Program-made: the position numbers and the translations under genes
Shown here: positions 19,815-29,751 of the stretch, piece after piece
How positions within the stretch are numbered: the stretch's first letter is position 1
How the letters are laid out: every line of letters starts with the position of its first letter
Notes under the pieces: model-generated
The model's database searches: none
Told to the model about the DNA's origin: nothing
What the model saw: the letters and a program-made list of their open reading frames with translations, nothing else
Assembly: GCA_027007005.1 (NCBI GenBank)
Contig: JALTFO010000048.1
Location: forward strand, 3,342-67,341
Length of the DNA: 64,000 nt
Direction of reading: 5' to 3'
Source of the DNA: Candidatus Bipolaricaulota bacterium
GTDB taxonomy: Bacteria > Bipolaricaulota > Bipolaricaulia > UBA7950 > UBA9294

Positions 19815-20816
19815 CTAGCCGGGACAAGTCGTGGTGCTACGCACGACAAGATGCGGATCGAGAACACGGTAGAGCGGAGGAGTATCCTCCTCACTAAGAA
19901 CAGAGAGAAGCCATTCAGTGGCAAGTTTTCCCATCTCGAACGTGGGCTGCGAAACAGTAGTTAGCTGAATGCGAGGAAGAGAGGCATAGGAGATGTCATC
20001 ATACCCAACAAGTGAAAGGTCCTTCGGAACAGAGAGGCTAAGCTCATCCGCTGCCTCAAGTACGCCGAGGGCGGTCACATCGTTGGCAGCGAAGATTGCC
20101 GTCGGGCGATTCTCAAGAGAAAGAATCCGCCGGCCGGCCTTGCGACCGGCAACCTGGGTGAAATCAGAATAGCAGACCCAAGCATCATCCGCAGAGAGGC
20201 CATGCTGGCGAAGAACCTTCCGATAGGTTGCCCTCCGATCGCGGCTCGACTGAACGTTCGCCGGCCCACCGATGAACCCTATCTTGCGATGCCCGAGTTC
20301 GATCAGGTGCTCCACCGCCAGACGTGCACCAGCGCGGTCATCGCCGATTACATAGGAGGTGTCCACATCTCGGCAGATGCGCGATACGAGGATGAACGGT
20401 GTCTCCGTCTTTGAAAGGCTCTTTGTAGATGGATCATTGAGGGTAGCCGTGGCCAGAACAAGCCCGTCCACCTGTTTACGGCGCAAGAGGCTGATGTAGC
20501 TTGCCTCGCGATCGATGGACCCGTTTGTATTACACAGGATAACTCCATAGCCGGCGGCATCCGCAACCTCACCCACGCCACGGGCGATATCTGCAAAGAA
20601 TGTATTGGTAATGTCTGGGATGATTAGCCCAATTGCCTCCGAAGAACCCTTCACCAGCGCCCGCGCAAGTTCGTTTCGCTCGTACCCCAAACGCTGCGCA
20701 GCCACACGAACCTTTTCTCCCGTCTCATCGCTGATAAGCGGGCTACCGCTCAGTGCACGGGATACGGTTGACGGTGACACCCCCACCTCACGCGCGATGT
20801 CCTTGATGGTGACCAT
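19815..20816 (-). CDS. LacI-family transcriptional regulator
   Basis: TIKDIAREVGVSPSTVSRAL HTH; VGYDD and LTTVSQP motifs. Confidence 0.93.
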   Translation of the reverse strand: MVTIKDIAREVGVSPSTVSRALSGSPLISDETGEKVRVAAQRLGYERNELARALVKGSSEAIGLIIPDITNTFFADIARGVGEVADAAGYGVILCNTNGSIDREASYISLLRRKQVDGLVLATATLNDPSTKSLSKTETPFILVSRICRDVDTSYVIGDDRAGARLAVEHLIELGHRKIGFIGGPANVQSSRDRRATYRKVLRQHGLSADDAWVCYSDFTQVAGRKAGRRILSLENRPTAIFAANDVTALGVLEAADELSLSVPKDLSLVGYDDISYASLPRIQLTTVSQPTFEMGKLATEWLLSVLSEEDTPPLYRVLDPHLVVRSTTTCPG

Positions 20817-20996
20817 TACTCGTCCTTTCTCCCTTCCTCTACGTTTCTGCAGCACACAAGCTAGGCAGCCCCTTTCGGCGTCAGAGCAACAATACACACC
20901 TGAGAAAAGAGTGCTTGGGCTTCAGCTCAACATCAGATACGCATTAAAGAAGAACGGAAAAGAGATCGGTACTCTGCAAGTGAAGCAATCAACTTC

Positions 20997-21908
20997 TCAG
21001 CCTTGCACCTGACGCGCTGATCCTCCTTCCTCTGTGTCAACTCGGTCTAACATGTTTCGCACATCTTTGAGACTATCCTTCAGTATACTGTATCCATTCT
21101 CGAAGAATCGCTCCTGAAGCTCGAGGATATAGATACCCTCATACCCCGCCATGATCCTGAAGACATCTTCGTACGGAATGTTTCCCCATCCAAGGGGAAG
21201 GTGCAGGTCTCCTATCCCCATCGGCATTGCCTCGATATACGGTGGCGCTGATTCAGGTTTTCCTTTCCCGAAATTGTCGTTGACATGAGCATGCCTGATG
21301 TACGGTTTAGCAGCTTGGATTGATCTTAAAAAATCATATCCGAGTTTCTTAGAATTTATATAGGAATGAGCAAAATCGTAACACATCTTAATGCTCTCTT
21401 CTCCAACGCCTTCCAACAACTTGATTAGGTGTGTAATGCTCGAGTGAATATTCTCGACGCAGACCGTCACTCCTTCCCTCTTTGCCAGTTTGCTAAGGTC
21501 GGCCAGCTCGTCTATCTCTATCTCGCGCGCCTCTTCCTGGGTCACATCACTGCCATTGCTCTTTAGCTTTCCTTGGTGATACACGAGAGTTTTGGCACCA
21601 ATGGCAGCGGTGAACTGAATGCTGGCCGCGAAGACCTTCCGTTGAACGTCAGGGTATTGAAAGTCCCTCAGATTCAGCCTGTCCGGTGCATGTACGGTGT
21701 ATTCTAGATCGAATCCATCTAGAATTTCTTTTACTTGTTTTGCTCTTCCCTCACGCAGATGCCCGTTCACCACCGCGTCGACACCGTGGACCGGTATTTC
21801 GGCCACATCGAAGCCTGCCGCCGCAATGGCACGGATATCTCGTTTCAACAGTTCGAGATCGCCGTTGATCCTTCCTGAGTGGATGTTAAGCCCTATTTTG
21901 TTTCGCAT
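20997..21908 (-). CDS. Xylose-isomerase-like TIM-barrel protein
   Basis: TVHAP, VEN, YDFAH, HVNDN and DLHLPLGWG motifs. Confidence 0.75.
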   Translation of the reverse strand: MRNKIGLNIHSGRINGDLELLKRDIRAIAAAGFDVAEIPVHGVDAVVNGHLREGRAKQVKEILDGFDLEYTVHAPDRLNLRDFQYPDVQRKVFAASIQFTAAIGAKTLVYHQGKLKSNGSDVTQEEAREIEIDELADLSKLAKREGVTVCVENIHSSITHLIKLLEGVGEESIKMCYDFAHSYINSKKLGYDFLRSIQAAKPYIRHAHVNDNFGKGKPESAPPYIEAMPMGIGDLHLPLGWGNIPYEDVFRIMAGYEGIYILELQERFFENGYSILKDSLKDVRNMLDRVDTEEGGSARQVQG

Positions 21909-22042
21909 GCTGCCCTCTCCTTAGACAGGATGATTTTTATGGCCCGAACTATACTACTTTTTGGGCACGTAAAACAATGGATTGTGTTCTATGGGCGAGT
22001 GTCCCACTTCCATCACGAATCACACCTTGACACCATCTTGTG

Positions 22043-23152
22043 CTACGAGCTTCCACCGTTATCGCTCCTTAAAACGGAAACTTTTGTCTCCGGGTTGAAC
22101 AGGTGCGTCTTCGCTTCGTCCAACTTAAGGCAGATCGTCTCGCTGATCTGCCCGTCGAAGGGAGCCGGGGTCAGTGCACGGATCTCCTCGTCGTCAAACC
22201 TGAAGGTAACCAAGTCCTCCCGCCCCAGGGGTTCTATCAGGTAAACCTCGGCCTTGAAATCCCCATCTCCTTCCGCCACGACGCTCACATCTTCAGGGCG
22301 AATACCCATGGTCACTCGTTGTGGAACGTCATTCTGTTTAGCCAGAACACCGCGTTCATCCGGAATGCGGATCTCTAGCGCCTGACTCTTGAGATAGAAG
22401 CCATCGTCCCGTTCCTCAAAGGTCATTTCGATGAAGTTCATCGGGGGAGCGCCGATGAATCCGGCCACAAATAAGGTATCCGGATCATCATACAGTTGAT
22501 TCGGCGCACCATAAGTTTGTAGCACACCATAGTTCATCACCGCAATCCGGCTGGCCATGGTCATCGCCTCGACCTGATCGTGGGTCACGTATACGGAGGT
22601 TACGCCCAGACTCTCCTGTAAACGCTTAATCTCCCCGCGCATCCGCAAGCGCAGCTTGGCATCCAGATTTGAGAGGGGTTCATCGAAGAGCAGGATCGCT
22701 GGTTCTTTGACCAGCGCCCGCGCCACAGCGACTCGCTGTTGCTGGCCACCGGAGAGTTCAGCAGGCTTGCGATCCAGGAGTTCGCCGATCCCCATCATAT
22801 CAGCCGTTGCCTGAACCCTCGTTTTCATTTCCCTTCTGTGGACCTTCTTCAACTTCAGCGGATAAGAGATGTTGTCAAATGCGCTCATATGTGGGTACAG
22901 GGCGTAGCTCTGAAAGACCATCCCGATATTGCGTTCTTTTGGGATAAGGTGGTTAACCACCTTATCACCAAAGCGGATGCTACCAGAAAAAGGCTTATAG
23001 ATCCCCGCAAGCATGAGCAAGGTGGTGGTCTTTCCACAACCTGACGGTCCCAGGAGGGCGACAAACTCTCCATCCCTGATCTCCAGATTGAGATTGTCAA
23101 CCGCTTTCACCTTTCCGAAGAGCTTGCATAAAGCCTCTATGGTGATCTTCAT
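22043..23152 (-). CDS. Sugar ABC transporter ATPase (MalK-like)
   Basis: GPSGCGKT, LSGGQQQR and DEPLSNLD motifs. Confidence 0.93.
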   Translation of the reverse strand: MKITIEALCKLFGKVKAVDNLNLEIRDGEFVALLGPSGCGKTTTLLMLAGIYKPFSGSIRFGDKVVNHLIPKERNIGMVFQSYALYPHMSAFDNISYPLKLKKVHRREMKTRVQATADMMGIGELLDRKPAELSGGQQQRVAVARALVKEPAILLFDEPLSNLDAKLRLRMRGEIKRLQESLGVTSVYVTHDQVEAMTMASRIAVMNYGVLQTYGAPNQLYDDPDTLFVAGFIGAPPMNFIEMTFEERDDGFYLKSQALEIRIPDERGVLAKQNDVPQRVTMGIRPEDVSVVAEGDGDFKAEVYLIEPLGREDLVTFRFDDEEIRALTPAPFDGQISETICLKLDEAKTHLFNPETKVSVLRSDNGGSS

Positions 23153-23189
23153 TACAGCGTTCTCCTCGAAGTGGACTTCGTTAGCCGGA

Positions 23190-24080
23190 TCATACTCCCC
23201 CCTTCTTTCCGCCACCGTAGATATTTAATAATGCCTCTTGAGTGAATAGGAAGAATATCACCACCGGGATCAACTGGAACAGCCCCACCGCCGCCACCGC
23301 GTTCCATTCAGTCATAGCAGATTCGCCTATGAAGTTCTGCAAATATAGGGACAGAACCGCTGATTTTCCAGAGCGCCCGGCCGTAAACGTAAGTGGAATT
23401 AAGTAAGCATTCCAAGCGGTGAGAAACGAGAACACAGACAATGCCGCGATCCCGGGCTTGATATTCGGCATGATTATCTGCCACCAGACCTTGAACCGAG
23501 AGGCTCCATCGATCAGGGCTGAACGCTCCATATCCCATGATATATTGTCGAAAAACCCCTTCATTATCCAAATACCGAATGGAAGTTGAAAGGCAACCAT
23601 AACTAAAGCTACACCACCTACCGTGTTATACCCAAAGCCTCCAAGGAGCGGAACACCCCGTCCGATGACAGGGATCTTCGTGATCCAGAGGAGCACGAAA
23701 TAGATGGGGATCAAGAGGGTAACACTGGGGAAAGCGTGCAGGATCAGTGTCAAGGAAAGGAAACTCTTCCGTCCGGGGAACTTCATTCGCGCGAGGGCAT
23801 AGCCGGTCATGGACGAGACCACCACTATGATCAGGGTCATGGTCAAAGACATCAACAGCGTATTGAGGGTTATCCGCCAGACGCTGGGATACCCGGGACC
23901 GAACGGCGATTCCCACAGGAACCGCCAGTTGTGTAAGGTCCATCCTAGCGATCTTAATCCCTCCGTCCTTGTCGAGAAGCTGGTAATCAGCAACCAGAGA
24001 ACACCGAGAAGGACGAGAGCACTCGGCACGATTAAAGCGAGATAAACAAGAACAGGTTTAAGCTTTGATCGTACTGTCAT
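23190..24080 (-). CDS. Carbohydrate ABC permease (MalG-like)
   Basis: Multi-TM protein with ERSALIDGAS EAA loop. Confidence 0.9.
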   Translation of the reverse strand: MTVRSKLKPVLVYLALIVPSALVLLGVLWLLITSFSTRTEGLRSLGWTLHNWRFLWESPFGPGYPSVWRITLNTLLMSLTMTLIIVVVSSMTGYALARMKFPGRKSFLSLTLILHAFPSVTLLIPIYFVLLWITKIPVIGRGVPLLGGFGYNTVGGVALVMVAFQLPFGIWIMKGFFDNISWDMERSALIDGASRFKVWWQIIMPNIKPGIAALSVFSFLTAWNAYLIPLTFTAGRSGKSAVLSLYLQNFIGESAMTEWNAVAAVGLFQLIPVVIFFLFTQEALLNIYGGGKKGGV

Positions 24081-24105
24081 ATTCTCATGCCTCTGTGTGT
24101 GTGCA

Positions 24106-25032
24106 TCATAATTGATCTATCTTCGGTTCTTCCACCAACTCTCCGAACTTGAACACGCGCAGGTAGATGATCGCCATCACGATACCGATAATCACCAGCA
24201 CCACCGACCATGCCGCGCCATACCCCCACTGGGTATTCCCAAAATAGCTGGTGAACGCACGATGGTAAGCGGTCAACGCCCAGACTTCGGTCTGATAAAG
24301 ACCGGGACCTCCATCGGTGAGGAGCATGATCTGCTGAAAGGATGTTAGCAGGGAGAGGGTTTGATAGGTGGTGACGAAAAGAAGTGGCCATTTGAGCATG
24401 GGAAGTTCGACGTAACGGATCGTCTGCCAGGTTGTTGCCCCATCTACCTTGGAGGCCGTAAGGTAGTCCTTGGGAATCGCTTCGATAGCCGAAGAGAAGA
24501 GAATCATGCCGAACGAGGCACCGATGAAACCGTTGGCCAGGATGATGAAGATCCAAGGGTTAGTGTTGAGCAGGTATTTTCCACTACCGATGCCTAAAGG
24601 GCCCAATATACTATTTATGATTCCCATTGGTGCGGGTCCGGCGAGGGCCTTCCACATCATGATGTAAACGACCACCGGGGTGATACGCGGGAGGAACCAC
24701 AACACTCGAAAAGCGAAACCGGCTCGCCGATTGATGTGCGTCGTTATCAAGGCGATGAGCAAAGCCATCCCTACGTTGAACACAGTTAGAGTCACAACCA
24801 CATACATGATTGTGTTGCCGAGGATCTTTGAGAAGAACCTGTTGGTAAAGATCTTTACATAATTATCCAAACTCCAGTTTGCCGGGCTCCACCACGCAAG
24901 AATACCGAAGTTGGTCATGTCTAGTTTAGTGAAGGCTAATATGAAAACGATTACAAGTGGAATAAAGAAGAATAAAGTCACTAAAACAAGCGTGGGGGAA
25001 AGAAATAGGTAAGGAGCAAGTTGACTGCGCAT
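24106..25032 (-). CDS. Carbohydrate ABC permease (MalF-like); start uncertain (25032/25095/25119)
   Basis: Multi-TM protein with ASKVDGAT EAA loop. Confidence 0.85.
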   Translation of the reverse strand: MRSQLAPYLFLSPTLVLVTLFFFIPLVIVFILAFTKLDMTNFGILAWWSPANWSLDNYVKIFTNRFFSKILGNTIMYVVVTLTVFNVGMALLIALITTHINRRAGFAFRVLWFLPRITPVVVYIMMWKALAGPAPMGIINSILGPLGIGSGKYLLNTNPWIFIILANGFIGASFGMILFSSAIEAIPKDYLTASKVDGATTWQTIRYVELPMLKWPLLFVTTYQTLSLLTSFQQIMLLTDGGPGLYQTEVWALTAYHRAFTSYFGNTQWGYGAAWSVVLVIIGIVMAIIYLRVFKFGELVEEPKIDQL

Positions 25033-25067
25033 CCGAGAAAACCTGACGTTTCTCGTTCCTGATAAAG

Positions 25068-25094
25068 TGGGGAGGGGGGGCTTCCCCCTCTCCA
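25068..25094 (-). terminator. Stem-loop after the substrate-binding protein gene (attenuator or mRNA stabiliser)
   Basis: TGGAGAGGGGG-AAGCC-CCCCCTCCCCA followed by CTTT. Confidence 0.5.
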
Positions 25095-25115
25095 TTATTT
25101 GTTCCGTTCTTCGTT

Positions 25116-26483
25116 TCACCGGATGATTACTTTGTCACCCAGCTCACGTTGAAGCCCATCGACCACGAAATCCACCGCCGCCTGCGGGGTGAAAGTGCCT
25201 CCTACCACCGCTGCCAGGGCCTCGTAGGTGATGCTGGAATAGGGTCCCCAATTGGGATTGTTGGGGAGGAAAGTGGTGTAGTCCAGCATGTAGAGTGCCT
25301 CGCTCAGAAGATGGGAGGCCTTATAGAACTTGTACTCCGTTTGCCCTTTCAGGATGCCGAGATGCGTGCTGGCGATCGCGTGACGGGTGTTGGGCCCGTA
25401 GTTGGTGACCTTATCGATCAGAGCCAACGCCAGTTCTGGGTGCTTGCACTGGGAGCTGATGAGGTAGGCTAGCGGGTGGGTAAGGGTGTTCGGCCGGCCG
25501 CCCTTATCCGCAGCGGGGATCAACGCGAAGCCGAAGTTCTTCCACAGATAGTCCTCGCCGCCTTGGTCCTTAACGTATATGTTGGCCCATTCAGCCCATT
25601 GCCACGTTCCCGCAACCCAAAACAGCCTATTTTCAGTCCCGATAGAATCGTTCCAAGCTGGCCAACCTATACCAAGGCACTTCATGGAGCCGTAACTGTG
25701 TACGGCATCGTAGAAGAACTTGTAGTACTTCAGGCCAGCCTCTTTGTCGAAGACCAGCTTGCCGGTTGCGGCATCGATCGTATCTCCACCGAAGGCGTAG
25801 TAGAAGGCAGTGAAATCAGGGCCGTTCTTCGGACGCGTCCAGAAACCGTTGCCATCAGGAACGATTCCCTTATCTACAGCTTCTTTGGCAGTTTCCAGCA
25901 TGTCATAGAGGGTGAATTCGCCCTTCTCGATCTTATCTGGCAGAGCCGCGATCTTGTCCGCAGACCAACCCAGCTTGCCTAACAGAGTCTTGTTGAAGTA
26001 GAGGGGGCGTGCCTCAGCATCTTGGGGAATCCCCCAGATTTTGCCCTTGTAACTCACGCTGTCCCACAGGTTATCGATAACATTGTTGAACCCGGGAAAC
26101 TCCTTCATCAGTCCGTCCAAAGCGATGATCCGACCCGCCTCGGCCTGAACCCCAATGTACTCGTGCCCGGTGAGCCAGATATCAGGCGACTCATCCGCGC
26201 CGTACCCCAGCACGAATTCCGTTACATAATCGCCCCACTCGATGTTGTCCTGATTGATCACCACTTCTACGCGTCTAGGATCACCTGCGGCCTCCAGATC
26301 GGCGTTGAGTTCCTTGGCCGCGAGAATGAAGTTGTTGCCACGCCAGTTTTCCATCGGCGGTTTCGCCCGACAACGAATGGTGATTGTGATAGTCTCCGTC
26401 TTCTGCGTATTCTGCGCCAGGGCAACCAGCCCTCCAGCCACCATAAAACACCCAATAAGCATTAACGCAAGCAAACGTTTCAT
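25116..26483 (-). CDS. Sugar ABC substrate-binding protein (inositol/inositol-phosphate, InoE-like)
   Basis: Signal peptide; PDIW and WGIPQDAEARPLY motifs; inositol cluster context. Confidence 0.8.
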   Translation of the reverse strand: MKRLLALMLIGCFMVAGGLVALAQNTQKTETITITIRCRAKPPMENWRGNNFILAAKELNADLEAAGDPRRVEVVINQDNIEWGDYVTEFVLGYGADESPDIWLTGHEYIGVQAEAGRIIALDGLMKEFPGFNNVIDNLWDSVSYKGKIWGIPQDAEARPLYFNKTLLGKLGWSADKIAALPDKIEKGEFTLYDMLETAKEAVDKGIVPDGNGFWTRPKNGPDFTAFYYAFGGDTIDAATGKLVFDKEAGLKYYKFFYDAVHSYGSMKCLGIGWPAWNDSIGTENRLFWVAGTWQWAEWANIYVKDQGGEDYLWKNFGFALIPAADKGGRPNTLTHPLAYLISSQCKHPELALALIDKVTNYGPNTRHAIASTHLGILKGQTEYKFYKASHLLSEALYMLDYTTFLPNNPNWGPYSSITYEALAAVVGGTFTPQAAVDFVVDGLQRELGDKVIIR

Positions 26484-26781
26484 GTTCCCTCCTCCTTGTT
26501 GTGGGCCCTACGGTATTACGTTCTTACTACAGCGTATTGTCTCGTGAATCACCTCCTGTAACAGAGATAGCGTGCATAGTATGCGGTGTCCAAGAAGTAC
26601 CTGTGGGGGTTAGATCTGATCTCAGGCCTAGGAGCGGTCGCTTCGGCGATGAGATGTACCCCGGCCAGGCTTCACTCCTCAAGTGTATCATTAACTTAGA
26701 CCTGATAGAAAGACTAGACGGCCCTTTTCTTGAATCCAAGATGTCTCATCGTAATCCCTGATGGCTTTCATAGGGAGATCA

Positions 26782-26815
26782 TGCAAACGATACCACAAAA
26801 ACGCGCCTTTGTCAA
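26782..26815 (-). promoter_or_regulatory. Promoter with overlapping LacI-type operator for the ABC operon
   Basis: TTGACA(26815-10)-N17-TATCGT(26792-87), overlapped by TGGTATCGTTTGCA (26795-26782). Confidence 0.6.
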
Positions 26816-27059
26816 TAGGGAAGATTCAAACCTCGCTCCAATACGGTTCCTCACGGCTAGGCAAGGTAACCCAGAGAAAGACTCAACAGATGAGTCTCTC
26901 TCTGAGAGGCAAATAATGACGGGAAACGGCACCTGTTTGTAACAGGGGCGTAGGAAAGATTTCTTGTTGATGCTGCAGTGTCGGCCTGCGTCTGAAGGAC
27001 AGGCAGGCAGCAAACAGCTCTAGAGAAAGGGGAATGGTTTTACATGGAATGGTGCCTCG

Positions 27060-27226
27060 GTCCTTATTTCACAGGAGTGCCTCTTGTAGCCATTCCTTAC
27101 CTTCGCACTGTACTTACGAATCATTTTCTTGGCATGACCCGTATCTCGATGGATCGCTTCCACCGACTGTCATTTACGTAGTCTGTAGATGATCTCTTGT
27201 ATGTCATTCATGTGTACCCGCTCCAT
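27060..27226 (-). mobile_element. Degenerate IS21-family IstA N-terminal fragment
   Basis: MERVHMNDIQEIIYRLRK*QSVEAIHRDTGHAKKMIRKY, then frameshifted EGKEWL; resembles the IstA HTH start; TGA at 27170-27172. Confidence 0.55.
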
Positions 27227-27264
27227 GCATACCCCCATGTTTGCTCACCATGAAGGATATTTAA

Positions 27265-27669
27265 GTGATCTTGGGCGGAGATACTAGGCGACCAGTGACA
27301 CTACGAGAGCGCCATGTTGGATTGCTGCAGGGCGAGCTATCTTCCGTTGCCCATGAGAAGTACGCCAGTGTTTTTCTTGAGCTTGAACAGAACGGTCCGA
27401 GATATGCCTTCCCGGGAGGGGGGGAGAACGGAACTCAGATCGAGGAACGGATCGCATCATTTCTTAACATGATCAGCATAGAGTGCCTGGGAAAAACAGT
27501 CGTTGCCGTCAGTCACGGAGCAGCATTGTGCGTCCTTTTGTGGCACATCCTGAAGTTTCCCTATAACGCTATTTCGCGCTTGCGGTGTGACAATGCGTGC
27601 ATCAGCTCTTCAATCTTCTCTGATGGTGAGTGGATTTTGGAGTTCTGGAACGATACCGCACACTTGTGA
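27265..27669 (+). pseudogene. 5'-truncated histidine phosphatase (PGM family)
   Basis: LRERHVG, GGE, VSHG, DNA and WNDTAHL present, but no N-terminal RHG motif. Confidence 0.7.
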
Positions 27670-27687
27670 GATAACGGGGGCTGCACC

Positions 27688-29751
27688 CTATTCTGATGCG
27701 GCTTCGGCAAACTGCAGAGCGTGCAAGGCAGCGTACAGCCCATTGAGTGAGATAAGCTGCTCGTGTGTCCCTTGTTCCACGATTTTCCCGTTGTGCAACA
27801 CGATGATCTTGTCTGATTTGCGAATTGTGGAGAGGCGGTGGGCGATGACGATCGATGTGCGTCCCTTCATGATTTTCGCAAGTGAGCTTTGGATCACATT
27901 TTCCGTCTGTGAGTCGATGCTTGCCGTAGCTTCGTCAAGAACTAAGATCTGCGGCTTGAATGCCACCGCGCGGGCAAATGAGAGGAGTTGTCGCTCTCCC
28001 ACCGATAGTGTCACCCCACGCTCTTTGACCTCGGTCTGGTACCCGTTCGGCAATTCTTCGACGAAGGAAGCATTGGCGAAGCGTGCTGCCTCGACGGCCT
28101 CTTGTTCGGGGATCTCCGAGTATAAGCGGATGTTCTCCATGATATCTCCCGAGAAGAGGAAAACCTCCTGCAACACGACAGCCATGCGCGAACGAAGGAA
28201 TGCAAGATCGAGCTTGTCTATGGGGACGCCGTCCAGCAGGATCTCTCCCTTTTGGATCTGGTACATGCGCAGCAATAACCGGATGATTGTTGTCTTCCCT
28301 GATCCGGTCGGGCCTACAATCGCTACACTCGATCCAGGCTGGGCGGTGAAGGATACGTCCTTTAGCACCCAGTCCTGGTCATTGTAGGCAAACCACACAT
28401 GGCGAAACTCGATCTTTCCTTGCAGGTCGTTGATTCTCTCTCCACCGCCGCGATCCTCCTCTTGCTCGTCGAGGAGGATGAAGATCCTTTCTGCTGCGGC
28501 CATCGCTCCCTGCAGGACGTTGTACCCCTGCGACAGCTCGAGGATCGGTTCGAAGAGCATCCGCACGTACTGAATGAATGCTGTAAGCGCACCGAGGGAG
28601 AGGCTCCCTTGTAGAACGTTTCGACCGCCATACCAGATGACGAGCGCGACGGCGAATGAGCTGAGGAAGCTCATCAGTGGTCGGAAGACGGCGAACGTCA
28701 GGAGCTGGCGCATGCTAGCGCTGTACTTGTCGACGTTGATTTTCTGGAAGCGTTCGTTCGCCTTGATCTCCTGCACGAATACCTGAATGATCCGCATTCC
28801 CGAAATTGATTCCTGCAGATTGGCGTTGAGCCGAGCGATCTGCCGGCGTACTTCACGGTAGGCGGAGCGGACTCGGCGCCGGAATTCGAACGCCGCGAGC
28901 ACGATGAATGGAAACAGAGCCAGGATTACGAGCGCGACCTTCCACTCTAGGTGGAACATGATCCCAATCACGGCAAGGATCAAGAACGCGTCGCGGAACA
29001 GGTTGACGAGCATTGAGGTGAACATCTCGTTGATCGCGGCGACGTCGTTCGTCACGCGCGTGACGAGACGGCCAACCGGTGTGCGATCGAAGTACGATAG
29101 CGGCAGGCGAAGAACGTGGGCGAAGATCTGGCGCCGCATGTCGTACATCACCTTCTGTCCAGTCAGCTGCAACAGGTAGACCTGTGCCACTCCGAACAGA
29201 AAGCGAATGATGAGGGCTATTGCAAACAGAATGGCCAGCTTGATGACACCGGTGACTGCTCCCTGACGCAGCGCAATCGTGTCCGCGGCAGGAAGCGTAC
29301 GCAGTTCCTCCTCTGAGGCGAACGAACCACCGGGAGCGGGGGTGAACACCTTCGGGTAGCGATCGACCACCGCCTCCTGCGCGCTCCCCTGTGGCACGAA
29401 CAGGTAGCGCTGTGCAGAGAGTGCGCCGGATGAGTCCCAGCTCTTGCGCATATCGGATGGAACCTCGTTTATCCGTATTAGGTAGCGACCATCAGCAAGA
29501 GCGATCGGCTCGCCGACAGATGGAGCATGATCCAACGTGACGATCGCCCATGGAAGGGTAAGGAAGTCATCGATCGCGATTTTGGTGATATAAGGAAGCA
29601 CGGTCTGGATCCCGGTGAGAACGAGGATCAGTAACACGCAAACGGAGAACATCTTCCAGTAGGGTTTAAGGAAGTGAATGAGTCGGCGCATCAGGCGTGC
29701 GTCGAATGCCTTACCCATTACTTTATCATCGCGCGTGCTATGCTGATTCAC
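27688..29751 (-). CDS. ABC exporter half-transporter (MdlB-like)
   Basis: TMD plus GPTGSGKT, LSVGERQ and DEATAS. Confidence 0.9.
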   Translation of the reverse strand: MNQHSTRDDKVMGKAFDARLMRRLIHFLKPYWKMFSVCVLLILVLTGIQTVLPYITKIAIDDFLTLPWAIVTLDHAPSVGEPIALADGRYLIRINEVPSDMRKSWDSSGALSAQRYLFVPQGSAQEAVVDRYPKVFTPAPGGSFASEEELRTLPAADTIALRQGAVTGVIKLAILFAIALIIRFLFGVAQVYLLQLTGQKVMYDMRRQIFAHVLRLPLSYFDRTPVGRLVTRVTNDVAAINEMFTSMLVNLFRDAFLILAVIGIMFHLEWKVALVILALFPFIVLAAFEFRRRVRSAYREVRRQIARLNANLQESISGMRIIQVFVQEIKANERFQKINVDKYSASMRQLLTFAVFRPLMSFLSSFAVALVIWYGGRNVLQGSLSLGALTAFIQYVRMLFEPILELSQGYNVLQGAMAAAERIFILLDEQEEDRGGGERINDLQGKIEFRHVWFAYNDQDWVLKDVSFTAQPGSSVAIVGPTGSGKTTIIRLLLRMYQIQKGEILLDGVPIDKLDLAFLRSRMAVVLQEVFLFSGDIMENIRLYSEIPEQEAVEAARFANASFVEELPNGYQTEVKERGVTLSVGERQLLSFARAVAFKPQILVLDEATASIDSQTENVIQSSLAKIMKGRTSIVIAHRLSTIRKSDKIIVLHNGKIVEQGTHEQLISLNGLYAALHALQFAEAASE

